From positions 640,001 to 704,000 of the forward strand of contig CBDFGR010000002.1 of the NCBI GenBank assembly GCA_965247115.1: 64,000 bases of DNA, given 5' to 3'. Below are positions 9,333-18,327 of the stretch, one piece after another. The notes beneath the pieces are model-generated. The model made no database searches and was not told the origin of the DNA. It worked only from the letters and a program-made list of their open reading frames with translations. Made by a program: the position numbers and the translations under genes. Source of the DNA: Myxococcota bacterium (GTDB lineage: Bacteria; Myxococcota_A; UBA9160; SZUA-336). Within the stretch, counting starts at the first letter, position 1; every line of letters starts with the position of its first letter.

Positions 9333-9788
9333 TCATCGGCCGACGCGATAGCCACCTCCGAAGCCGTAGCGAGCCCTCAATCGGCCGGAACTCAAGCCGG
9401 AGGTGTGGTGACTCCGTGGACGTCTGGCCATGCGAGCCGCGTTCCTCTCGTTGGGGCTGAGCTTCCCGTCTCCGTCCTTGTCGTACCTGCGGAGGAGGTC
9501 TGCTCGCTCGCCGGGACCTCGCATTCGCTGAACCTCGCGCGCCGCGATCAGCTCCTCAACGGAGATCTCACCGTCGCCATCGATGTCGTAGCGGCTCGTG
9601 CGGGCGGCGGCGTAGTGCTCCGCCCGATTGAGGACGCCATCGCCGTTGAAGTCCCGCTTCTCGAAGCGCTCCTGCTTCTCCGCCTGCGAGACCTCGTCGC
9701 CGCTGGCGGCAGAGGCCAGGAAGCCCGCGGAAAGGGCCAGCACCGCGATGGCGCCAACTTTCGCGCGCTCACTCAGGCGTGGTCGCAA
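9333..9788 (-). CDS. Secreted EF-hand protein
   Basis: Signal peptide; three loops DFNGDGVLNRAE, DIDGDGEISVEE, DKDGDGKLSPNE; GGAGG RBS. Confidence 0.8.
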   Translation of the reverse strand: MRPRLSERAKVGAIAVLALSAGFLASAASGDEVSQAEKQERFEKRDFNGDGVLNRAEHYAAARTSRYDIDGDGEISVEELIAAREVQRMRGPGERADLLRRYDKDGDGKLSPNERNAARMARRPRSHHTSGLSSGRLRARYGFGGGYRVGR

Positions 9789-9877
9789 CGCTGTACCTCC
9801 GAGAGCGGATACCTGATGGTACTAAACCGAGCGCAAGTCTTCACGTTGCGCGAACCCGTCCGATCCGGGGGCGGCCC

Positions 9878-9898
9878 CTACAGGTTGCCCACCTCGTC
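9878..9898 (-). repeat. Copy of the last 21 nt of the acyl-CoA dehydrogenase gene (DEVGNL*)
   Basis: CTACAGGTTGCCCACCTCGTC vs CTACAGGTTACCGACCTCGTC at 10428-10448; 19/21, both differences synonymous. Confidence 0.8.
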
Positions 9899-10044
9899 AA
9901 TAGCGGCCGTTCGCCTGATAATATGCAGAAGGGCCGCTAGTGACCCGAAGCGGACGATTCCCACCCGACAGGCCTGCGGGACTGACCCCACTGACTGCGA
10001 GACCGTCATGCGGTATCGGCTACCGCAGTAACTAGGAGAAAGAC

Positions 10045-10401
10045 ATGTCCAGCCCGAACATCGACAGCGTGATTGCAGTGGTACCGGTGAAGGACCAAGC
10101 CGCGGCTGTTGCGTGGTACAAGAAGTTGCTCGGGCGGGAAGCGGACGTCGTTCCGGCGGATGGGGTGGCGGAGTGGCAGCTCGCCGAGAACGCATGGCTT
10201 CAGGTAACAACCGACCCGGAGTGCGCGGGCAGCACGTCGGTCATCGTCGGAGTGAGCGACCTCGATGCGCTGTGCGCCGCCTGTGCCGACGCCGGCGTGT
10301 CACTCGGCGAAGTTGTCGAGTATCCGGACATTGTCAAGACGGTTGACGCGGTCGACCCGGACGGGAACAAGGTTTTCTTCGCCCAGAAGCTTTCCGGTTG
10401 A
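10045..10401 (+). CDS. VOC/glyoxalase-bleomycin resistance family protein
   Basis: AVAWYKKLLG, DPDGNKV; AGGAG RBS. Confidence 0.85.
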   Translation: MSSPNIDSVIAVVPVKDQAAAVAWYKKLLGREADVVPADGVAEWQLAENAWLQVTTDPECAGSTSVIVGVSDLDALCAACADAGVSLGEVVEYPDIVKTVDAVDPDGNKVFFAQKLSG

Positions 10402-10427
10402 ATGCCGCGCAGGCCGACGAGAGGGCG

Positions 10428-11729
10428 CTACAGGTTACCGACCTCGTCCTCCAGCAGGCTCGCCAACTTGTCGCGGGCCCACTCGCGGCGGGCGGGCAGG
10501 TGCTGTGTCGGCCACAGTCCGGGCGCCGGCTCGTAGTCGCGAAGAACCTGCCGGGCGATCGTCACCTTGTGCACCTCGTCCGGGCCGTCGGCAATCCCCA
10601 TGGCTGGCAGGCTCGCCCACATGGCCGCGAGCGGCAGCTCGTTCGAAACACCGATGGCCCCGTGCAGATGCAGCGAACGATACACGACGTCGTGTAGGAT
10701 CTTCGCGGCCGCCACCTTGACGGCGGCGATGTCCTTTCGCACCGCCCTGTAGTCCTTGAACTTGTCGATCCGCCAGGCGGTGCGCAGGACAAGCAGCCGG
10801 AACTGCTCGATCTCGATCCAGGAATCCGCGATCCTCTCCTGAACCATCTGCTTCTGCGCCAGCACCTCGCCCTGGGTCTCGCGCGAGAGCGACCGCTCGC
10901 ACATCATGTCGAAGGCCTTCTTGACTTGAGCCACGGTACGCATGGCGTGGTGGATGCGGCCGCCCCCCAGACGCGTCTGTGCGATCACGAAGGCGCTGCC
11001 CTCTTTGCCGAGCAGGTGGTCGGCCGACAGACGGACGTTCTCGTAGCGGACGTAGCCGTGAGAGCCGTGGCCTTCCGGCTCGGTGCCGACTCCGACGTTC
11101 CGAACGATGTTCACACCCGGGGAGTTGGTGGGCACGAGGAACATCGACATGCCGTTGTACGGGCTCACGTCCGGGTCCGTGACGACCATGACGATGAGGA
11201 AGGACGAGTAGCGCGCGTTCGACGAGAACCACTTCTCGCCGTTGATCACCCACTCGTCGCCGTCCCGCTCGGCACGAGTCTTAAAGCGCGTGGGATCCGC
11301 GCCCGCATGAGGCTCGGTCATCGAGTAGCAGGAGACGATCTCCCCGTCCATGAGCGGCTGCAAGAAGCGCTTCTTCTGCTCCGGACTCCCGTAGTGCGCC
11401 AGGATCTCCGCATTGCCCGAGTCGGGCGCCTGACAGCCGAACACGCGGGGTGCGAAGCTCGAGCGACCCAGCAGCTCATTCAGGAGCGCGAGCTTGAGCT
11501 GTCCGTAGCCCGGACCACCGAGATCGGGACCAAGATGACAGGCCCAGAGCCCACGCGTCTTGACCTCCTCTTGCAGGGGCTTCGTGGCCTTCAGGACGCG
11601 CGGGTCTGACAGGTCGTACGGATTACCGAGGACCAGGTCTAGCGGCTCCACCTCTTCGCGCACGAACTCGTCTACCCAGTTGAGCTCCCGCTGGAACTCG
11701 GGCTCGGTTTCGAAATCCCACGGCATCAC
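10428..11729 (-). CDS. Acyl-CoA dehydrogenase (ACAD10/11-like)
   Basis: APDSGNAE, SMTEP, INGEKWFSS, RLGGGRIHH, IADGPDEVH. Confidence 0.95.
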   Translation of the reverse strand: MMPWDFETEPEFQRELNWVDEFVREEVEPLDLVLGNPYDLSDPRVLKATKPLQEEVKTRGLWACHLGPDLGGPGYGQLKLALLNELLGRSSFAPRVFGCQAPDSGNAEILAHYGSPEQKKRFLQPLMDGEIVSCYSMTEPHAGADPTRFKTRAERDGDEWVINGEKWFSSNARYSSFLIVMVVTDPDVSPYNGMSMFLVPTNSPGVNIVRNVGVGTEPEGHGSHGYVRYENVRLSADHLLGKEGSAFVIAQTRLGGGRIHHAMRTVAQVKKAFDMMCERSLSRETQGEVLAQKQMVQERIADSWIEIEQFRLLVLRTAWRIDKFKDYRAVRKDIAAVKVAAAKILHDVVYRSLHLHGAIGVSNELPLAAMWASLPAMGIADGPDEVHKVTIARQVLRDYEPAPGLWPTQHLPARREWARDKLASLLEDEVGNL

Positions 11730-11815
11730 GCACTCCCTTCGCTTCGGTTGCGAGTCCGGATTCTCTCACATCCAGGCGGGGAGGGAGCCTATCCCTCGAA
11801 CCCTGCCTCCGGACT

Positions 11816-12655
11816 TCACCCCTTCTCGATCACCTCAACCTGGTCGAGCGGGGCGTAGAAGTACGAGCCGGGCCGGAAGTCGTACCCCAGATCGCCGAGC
11901 AGGCGGCGCTGTCGGGGATTGCAGCGGTCCTTGACGTCCGAGACCGTCTCAAAGTCGTACGCTCGCACGAACATCTGGCAGTAGTTGTAGAGCAGCACCT
12001 TTCGCCCTCTACCTGACAGATTGGGCGACGGGCCGTGCCAGAGCGAGTGCGAGAACAGATAGCAGTCCCCCGCCTTTCCCAGCAGCTGCACGGCTCCCGG
12101 CGTATGGGGCGACAGCCGCGGCTTCCCGTCAACGGGGAAGGGCCGCAGGTGGCTGCCGGGGAACACCGTGAAGTTCCCGCTGTCGGGCCGGGTCACGTCC
12201 GACAGCAGGTAGATGGCCTTCATCGCGAGCGGGCGGCTGGTCTCGGTCACCCGAATCTGGGCGAGCGCCTGTCCGCCATCGGTGTGCGTGTAGCCAGGGA
12301 AGTCGGGCGTCGAGGCGCGCACGATCGCGTGCGTCATGCTGAGCAGTACGTAAGGCCCCATGATATCCACGACAAGGTCGAAGACGGGCGAGCGATCCAT
12401 CAGCTCGATGAACGCGTCGTGGTACGAGAGGATGTCCCGACGGTCCATGGATGCCTCGGGATCTAGGTCGGGAGTCTGCTCCACCCAACCGTAGTGGCCC
12501 ACCGGCAGGTCGGTCGGCTCCCACCCTGGCAGGTGGCGCACGCGGTCCATCTCGCCGCTGAGGAGCTTCACCTCGTCCGGGGCCAGCACCTGCTCGAGCT
12601 GCAGATATCCGTCGATCGCCCACTGGCTCTTCTGTGCTTCCGTCAGACGAATCAC
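11816..12655 (-). CDS. Phytanoyl-CoA dioxygenase (PhyH) family Fe(II)/2OG enzyme
   Basis: DGYL, HTD, VFPGSH, AGD, LWHG..N..R; start estimated at GTG 12655. Confidence 0.88.
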   Translation of the reverse strand: MIRLTEAQKSQWAIDGYLQLEQVLAPDEVKLLSGEMDRVRHLPGWEPTDLPVGHYGWVEQTPDLDPEASMDRRDILSYHDAFIELMDRSPVFDLVVDIMGPYVLLSMTHAIVRASTPDFPGYTHTDGGQALAQIRVTETSRPLAMKAIYLLSDVTRPDSGNFTVFPGSHLRPFPVDGKPRLSPHTPGAVQLLGKAGDCYLFSHSLWHGPSPNLSGRGRKVLLYNYCQMFVRAYDFETVSDVKDRCNPRQRRLLGDLGYDFRPGSYFYAPLDQVEVIEKG

Positions 12656-12677
12656 GACCGCGGAACTCCGCGGGCCG

Positions 12678-13730
12678 CTAGGCCCGAACCTCGTAAAAGG
12701 CATTGAACGGGTTGTCGACCTCGAGAAGGCGGAAGTGGCCGAAGCCCGCCCCCTTGCAGTACTCCTCCGCGAGCTTCGGTCCCCAGGCTGCGCCCAGCCC
12801 TTCACCGTCGTGCGCGAGCGACTGGGTCAGGCAGTGGAGCGTGCTCATGGCGTACATCATGGCGCCGCCAGGGTTCAGGTTGTCCTCGAGCGTCTCGCCG
12901 ACGCGCGGCTCCACCATCAGGTAGGTACCTCCGGGTGCGAGAGCGTTGCGAATGGCGCGAAGCGCTTCGCGCGGCTTGGCGATGTCGTGCACCACATCGA
13001 ACGTGGTGATCAGATCGAAGGGAGGGTCCGTCGGGATGGAGTCCGCACCGAGCTGCTCGAACCGAGCGTTCGAGAGCTCTTCGTTCGCCGCCTTTGCGCG
13101 CGCCCGCTCGATCGAGCGCGCATCGATGTCGTAGCCCACTACCGTGGAGCTGGGATACGCCGTGGCCATGGCCAGCACTGCGGCACCTGAGCCGCAGCCG
13201 AGGTCAGCCACGCGCCCTCCCCGCTTCAGTCCGTCCACTACGGCTGGCATCGCGTTCAGCCAGCGCCGCGTGAGCAGGATCCGTACGCCGGGGCTGTTCG
13301 ATCGGTCCATGCCCTCGATCATGTCAAGACCGAACTCGGAGAACGGCACCCCGCCTCCCTCCCTGACAGCCTGTGCGACACCGGGTACTGCCTTCAACAG
13401 CGCGGGAATCGTCTGCGCCCACCCGCAGAGAAAGTAAGGGCTGTCCTCGTCGGCCAGACAGGCCGCGTACTCGTCCGGGAGCTCAAACGTCTCGGTGCTC
13501 GGCTCGTAGACCAGAAGCTCCGCCGCCGCGAGACCCGAGACAAGCTCCCGCAAGTAGCGCTCCTGCAGGCCCGTCTGTGCGACCAGCTGCTCGAGCGTCA
13601 GCGGTCCCTGACCAGTCATCGCCTTGAAGAGCCCGCAGCGGTCCGCCACCCCGACGATACCCATGACCGTCGCGCCCGTTGCCATCTGCATGAACTGTGT
13701 CATGAACTCGCGCACGCGCTCTCTGTCCAT
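12678..13730 (-). CDS. SAM-dependent methyltransferase with N-terminal wHTH (Rv2258c-like)
   Basis: GLQERYLRE, ADLGCGSG, FDVVHD, HCLTQSLA. Confidence 0.92.
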   Translation of the reverse strand: MDRERVREFMTQFMQMATGATVMGIVGVADRCGLFKAMTGQGPLTLEQLVAQTGLQERYLRELVSGLAAAELLVYEPSTETFELPDEYAACLADEDSPYFLCGWAQTIPALLKAVPGVAQAVREGGGVPFSEFGLDMIEGMDRSNSPGVRILLTRRWLNAMPAVVDGLKRGGRVADLGCGSGAAVLAMATAYPSSTVVGYDIDARSIERARAKAANEELSNARFEQLGADSIPTDPPFDLITTFDVVHDIAKPREALRAIRNALAPGGTYLMVEPRVGETLEDNLNPGGAMMYAMSTLHCLTQSLAHDGEGLGAAWGPKLAEEYCKGAGFGHFRLLEVDNPFNAFYEVRA

Positions 13731-13786
13731 CGCAACCTCCCTGACTGCGCACAGTCTACTACGCCGAGAGTTGATACCCTGATGCC

Positions 13787-14794
13787 ATGAGCGTTCGCTT
13801 CGGCCTCGCCTATGACTTCCGCAACCCCGATCGCTGGGAGCGGCCCTGGGCGGAGGTCTTCCAGGCGCTGCTCGAGCAGATCGAGTACGTCGACACGCTC
13901 GGCTTCGACTCCATCTGGATTACGGAGCACCACTTCGTCCCCGACGGCTACGCGCCGTCGCCGGTCCCCCTGCTGGCGGCGATCGCGGCTCGAACGCAGA
14001 ACGTAAAGCTCGGCACCGACATTCTGCTTCTGCCGCTCTACCACGCCGTCAAGCTTGCGGAAGATCTCGCCACCGTCGATCTCATCTCGGAAGGCCGCCT
14101 GATGCTCGGCATCGGGATGGGGTACCGCGACGAGGAGTTCGAGGCCTTCGGTCAGACGCGGCGTGAGCGTGTCGGCCGCACAGAAGAGGGCATCGACGTG
14201 TTGCGAGGCGCGTGGGCCGACGGCCCGTTCAGCTACGAAGGTCAGTACTACAAGCTCCGGGACGTCGACATCACGCCGAAGCCCGTTCAGCGCCCGCACC
14301 CTCCGCTGTTCCTGGCAGCCACGTCGGAGCCTGCTGCGCGCCGAGCTGCACGGCTGGACCTGAACCTGCTTCCCCAGGGGGATGTCCGCGTCGCCTACGA
14401 GCCCTGGCTGGACGAGCTCGCGAAGCGCGGCAAGCAGCCCGAAGACTACCGGATCGGGCTCATCAAGCCGTGGTTCGTCGCCGACAGTCGCGCCGATCCT
14501 CTTTGGCGGCGTGCGCGGGAGCACGAGCACTACCGCGCTTCCATCTACGCGCCGTGGATCAAGGCAGGCGGAGGTCCTGGCCTCCCACCCGGGGACCCGC
14601 GCCCCATCGACCAGTCGTATCTCGTCGGGCCGCCCGAGCAGCTGATCGAGCAGCTCGAGGCGTACCGCACGACGACGCTGCCCGCGACCGACATCATCGG
14701 CTGGGGCACGCCTGTCGGCATGGAACCAGCCGAGGTCACACCCTCGCTCGAGCGCTTCGCCAGGGAAGTCATTCCGCACTTTCGCTCGCGCTGA
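13787..14794 (+). CDS. LLM-class flavin-dependent oxidoreductase
   Basis: WITEHHF, LAEDLATVDLISEGRL, PKPVQRPHPP. Confidence 0.93.
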   Translation: MSVRFGLAYDFRNPDRWERPWAEVFQALLEQIEYVDTLGFDSIWITEHHFVPDGYAPSPVPLLAAIAARTQNVKLGTDILLLPLYHAVKLAEDLATVDLISEGRLMLGIGMGYRDEEFEAFGQTRRERVGRTEEGIDVLRGAWADGPFSYEGQYYKLRDVDITPKPVQRPHPPLFLAATSEPAARRAARLDLNLLPQGDVRVAYEPWLDELAKRGKQPEDYRIGLIKPWFVADSRADPLWRRAREHEHYRASIYAPWIKAGGGPGLPPGDPRPIDQSYLVGPPEQLIEQLEAYRTTTLPATDIIGWGTPVGMEPAEVTPSLERFAREVIPHFRSR

Positions 14795-14917
14795 GCAGGC
14801 GCGACTATACTCGTGGAGGCGTTCCGTCTCGGCTACACGCTACCGCAGTAGCCCGGACCGCTCGCCACGCACTCGCGGTGCGAGCCACAGGTAGAGTGCA
14901 GTCTGGAAGGCAACAGC

Positions 14918-15598
14918 GTGGACACGTTCAAGGAGATCTATCGTCGTGCCGCCGCCCGGCATGGTGGCAGCAAGGCCCTCGACTCCCAGCTCCCGAGGCC
15001 GAAGACCCGCGCCACCTTGCAGCGAACTGCAGACCACCGCTACCTGTCCGCGATGACTCGCGGGGTCTTCCAGGCGGGCTTCGTCTGGCGTGTCGTCGAG
15101 AACAAGTGGAAGGGCTTCGAGGAGGCCTTCAAGGGCTTCGAACCCAAGCCGCTCGCCCGCCTCTCGAACAGGCAGCTCAACGCACTCGCCCAGGACACTC
15201 GTATCATCCGCAACCCCCAGAAGATCCACGCGGTCCGAGAGAACGCCCGCCTCCTGGTGGAGCTCGCCGCCAAGCACAAGGCCGCAAGCCGCTTCTTTGC
15301 GAGCTGGCCGGAGGAAGACATCGTTGGCCTGTGGGACGTACTCAAGCGCCGGGGTAGCCGCCTCGGAGGCATGACCGGTCCCATGTTCCTCCGCACGATG
15401 GGAAAGGACACCCCCATCCTCACGAACGACGTGCTGTTTGCGCTCCGAGAGCAGGGCATTGTCGAGACGAAGAGCCCCAGCTCCAAGAAAGCGCTCCACG
15501 ACATCCAGACCGCCTTCAACACCTGGCGCGACGAGAGCGACCGCAGCCTCTCAGAGATCAGCCGCGTCCTCGCATTCAGCGTGGGAGAGATCCACTAG
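14918..15598 (+). CDS. DNA-3-methyladenine glycosylase I family protein
   Basis: VFQAGFVW, FEEAF.GF.P, IIRNPQKI, GSRLGG. Confidence 0.85.
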   Translation: MDTFKEIYRRAAARHGGSKALDSQLPRPKTRATLQRTADHRYLSAMTRGVFQAGFVWRVVENKWKGFEEAFKGFEPKPLARLSNRQLNALAQDTRIIRNPQKIHAVRENARLLVELAAKHKAASRFFASWPEEDIVGLWDVLKRRGSRLGGMTGPMFLRTMGKDTPILTNDVLFALREQGIVETKSPSSKKALHDIQTAFNTWRDESDRSLSEISRVLAFSVGEIH

Positions 15599-15621
15599 CG
15601 GAACTCTCCACGGGAAGAGTC

Positions 15622-15777
15622 CTACGAACGCTCGAGTGCGTCCTTGAGCCGAGACGGCTGGACGCGATCAGCTCGCGCCATGGCGAACGAGATCAGCGGG
15701 CGCAAGAGACCCCAGAGGAAGCCCTGCGTTCGACACTCGGCGTCCAGGGTCAGCTGGGTGCGATACCTCCCGGGAGT
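15622..15777 (-). pseudogene. C-terminal remnant of an SRPBCC-like gene
   Basis: TQLTLDAECRTQGFLWGLLRPLISFAMARADRVQPSRLKDALERS* resembles the SRPBCC C-terminal strand-helix; no N-terminal part. Confidence 0.4.
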
Positions 15778-15834
15778 AATTGACAGCATCGCTAGCTTGA
15801 GGCTTATGTAGATGAATCTATGGCTAACCCCGGC

Positions 15835-16680
15835 ATGAGGATAGGAGTCTCGCTTCCGGTCAGGGAGCTCAAGAACGACATGGCAGCGGTGCGCGAGTTC
15901 GCGCAGGCCGCGGAGGAGCTCGGGTTCACCCACTTGCGGGTCCCGGACCAGGTAGCGCGCCCGAAGAGCGGGCATCTGCACGAGCCGCTGACGCTGCTCA
16001 GCTATGTCGCCGCCCTGACGTCGCGCATCGAGCTGGTCCCGTCTGTGATCGTCCTGCCGGTGCGCCAGACGGTGCTCGTCGCCAAACAGGCTGCCGAGAT
16101 CGACGTCTTGAGCGGTGGTCGGCTGCGTCTCGGGGTCGGCGTGGGCGGGAGCCGGGAGGAGTACGTCGCGCTTGGCCAGGACTTTCACACGCGCGGGCAG
16201 CGCTGCGAGGAGCAGATGGGGCTGCTGAAGCTCCTGTGGACCCAGGACATGGTCTACTTCCGGGGACGCTGGGACCGGGTCGCGAGCATGGGCCTCGACC
16301 CCCTGCCCGTGCAACGCCCCATCCCCATCTGGATCGGCGCGAGCTCGGCCACGCTGCTGGCACCTTCTGGGCCAGTCCTGCGACGGATCGCACGCCAGGC
16401 GGATGGCTGGTTCGCGATCATCCCCCCTGGAGACGTCCCGAGGGTGCGCGACAACCTGCGGCGCTACGCGGAGAGTGCCGGTCGAGATCCCTCGGAGATC
16501 GGTACGGAAGGCGGGGTCGGGGTCTGCGGTAGGACGCCACAGGAATGGATGCAGATCGTCAACGACTGGCAGGACGCCGGCGCGACACACGTGTGCATGC
16601 GGACGCTCGGTGGCGGCCTCGACGCCGCAGGGCACATCGACGCCCTTCGCACGACGCGGAAGGTCTTGGACGGCGCGTAG
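15835..16680 (+). CDS. LLM-class, probably F420-dependent oxidoreductase (Rv2161c-like)
   Basis: HEPLTLL, VAKQAAEIDVLSGGRLRLGVGVG, PVQRPIPIWIG; alternative start 15820. Confidence 0.9.
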   Translation: MRIGVSLPVRELKNDMAAVREFAQAAEELGFTHLRVPDQVARPKSGHLHEPLTLLSYVAALTSRIELVPSVIVLPVRQTVLVAKQAAEIDVLSGGRLRLGVGVGGSREEYVALGQDFHTRGQRCEEQMGLLKLLWTQDMVYFRGRWDRVASMGLDPLPVQRPIPIWIGASSATLLAPSGPVLRRIARQADGWFAIIPPGDVPRVRDNLRRYAESAGRDPSEIGTEGGVGVCGRTPQEWMQIVNDWQDAGATHVCMRTLGGGLDAAGHIDALRTTRKVLDGA

Positions 16681-16692
16681 AAAAGTCGACGC

Positions 16693-16932
16693 TCAGGCGT
16701 CCCGAGACCCGCCACCGACTGGGGGCAACACGGTGAGCTCGTCGCCCGCTTTCAGCGGCAGCGAGAAGTCTCGTTCGATATTGCCGTTGAGGGAGACCGC
16801 GTTGATGCGTTTGGTCGGGAGCTCGAGGACGGTGAGGCTGTCCTTGATGGTGGAGCCCTCGTCAAGGTCGAGGGTGCCGCCTTCGGGCATCAGCTTCTTG
16901 AGGACGCCCATCAGTTTGACCTGGATCTGCAC
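16693..16932 (-). CDS. moaD: MoaD/ThiS sulfur carrier (AorD-like)
   Basis: beta-grasp pattern LKAGDELTVLPPVGGG followed by extension SRDA; last gene of the AOR operon. Confidence 0.85.
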   Translation of the reverse strand: MQIQVKLMGVLKKLMPEGGTLDLDEGSTIKDSLTVLELPTKRINAVSLNGNIERDFSLPLKAGDELTVLPPVGGGSRDA

Positions 16933-16934
16933 CT

Positions 16935-18323
16935 CTACGTCGGCTTGGTGCTCACGAAGACGGAGTGGCTGGGGCCGGCCTGCGGGCTCACCTTGGAGTC
17001 GCCGTGGATGTACTGGCGGGTCTTGGATGGGCGACCGAGCAGGGTCTGGCCGGCGAGCTTTGAGGCCACCTCGTTCGCGATGTAGGCGCGGCGGATGTCG
17101 AAGGGGTTCTCTCGGAGGAAGTCCTTCCAGGGACCGAAGTTCGTTCGCGTCTGCATCAGGCCCTTGACCATCCCCAGGTCGGTCAGCATGCCCACGTCCT
17201 GGGCCCTGCCGACGAACATCGCTCCCGTGAGCTCATCGCCGGTCCACATGAGCTTCCGGTAGATCCGCGAATCGGGATTCTCCATCGTCATCTCTTCGGC
17301 GCTCGCGTCCAACCAGTTGCCATAACTCGCGCACTGGAGACCGCAAACATCCAGGATGTTCATCAGCAGGCTGCCAGAGTAGCTCACGTCCTGGCCTGCC
17401 ATGTTCGCGCCGGCGACCCGACCGTGATCCACGGCTGTTGGCTGGATCGCGTGGATCTCTGAATCGCTGCTGTAGTAGACGGGGCCGCGGGCCACGTCTC
17501 CTGCCGCATAGATGTCGGGGAAGTTGGTCTGCAGTCGGTCGTTCACCGCGATGCCGTCGGCAGAGGCCTCGATGCCCGCGTTGACGGCCAGCTCGACGTT
17601 GGGCTTGACGCCGGTGGCCACGATCACGAGATCCGCTTCGATGGTCGCACCGTTCTCGAGCTCCACGAGCTTTGCATCACCCTGCGAGCGGATGTTCGTC
17701 ACGGTGGTGCCGCAGTGCACCTCCGCGCCCTTGCTCCCGAGCCAGTCCGAAACGATCGCCGCGGCCCTTGCATCGAGCATGCGCGGCAGGATCTGGGCCT
17801 CCCGCTCCACGACGGATATGGACCAGCCCCGCTTGTACATGGCGTTGAGCATGATGAAGCCGATGAAGCCCGAGCCGATCATGACCACGCGCGGCTGGCG
17901 ATCGCCGGCGACATCGAGTGCGCCCTGCGTGTCGGCCAGAGTCCACAGGGACTGGACTCCCGGGAGATCAACGCCGGGAACGGGTAGATCCAGAGGCGCG
18001 GAGCCAGTCGCGATCAGGAGCTTGTCGAAGCGCAGATCGCTCCCGTCGTCGAGCTTCAGCTCCTTCCCGTTGGCGTCGATCTCGGTCACGCGTGCGCCAA
18101 TGCGCGACTCCACACCGAGCTTGCTGTAGTACGCACCATCCGCGATCAGCGTGTGATCACGGCCGACGTCGCCCGATAGCCAGTACGGGAGCGCCATGCG
18201 AGCATGGGCGGGCTCGTCGCCGATCAGGGTGATTTGCGAGTCGCCGGTACCGACTTGTCGAATGGTCTCGATCGCGTTGATGCCGGCCGGGCCCCCGCCG
18301 ATGATGACGTGATGAGTCGGCAT
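16935..18323 (-). CDS. aorC: FAD/NAD-dependent oxidoreductase subunit of AOR
   Basis: GGGPAG, LIATGS, GSGFIG, IYAAGD; directly after aorB. Confidence 0.85.
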   Translation of the reverse strand: MPTHHVIIGGGPAGINAIETIRQVGTGDSQITLIGDEPAHARMALPYWLSGDVGRDHTLIADGAYYSKLGVESRIGARVTEIDANGKELKLDDGSDLRFDKLLIATGSAPLDLPVPGVDLPGVQSLWTLADTQGALDVAGDRQPRVVMIGSGFIGFIMLNAMYKRGWSISVVEREAQILPRMLDARAAAIVSDWLGSKGAEVHCGTTVTNIRSQGDAKLVELENGATIEADLVIVATGVKPNVELAVNAGIEASADGIAVNDRLQTNFPDIYAAGDVARGPVYYSSDSEIHAIQPTAVDHGRVAGANMAGQDVSYSGSLLMNILDVCGLQCASYGNWLDASAEEMTMENPDSRIYRKLMWTGDELTGAMFVGRAQDVGMLTDLGMVKGLMQTRTNFGPWKDFLRENPFDIRRAYIANEVASKLAGQTLLGRPSKTRQYIHGDSKVSPQAGPSHSVFVSTKPT

Positions 18324-18327
18324 GACG

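Noticed and set aside
10019..14850. 12-bp repeat GCTACCGCAGTA at 10019 and 14839
   Set aside because: A match this short is expected by chance in 64 kb
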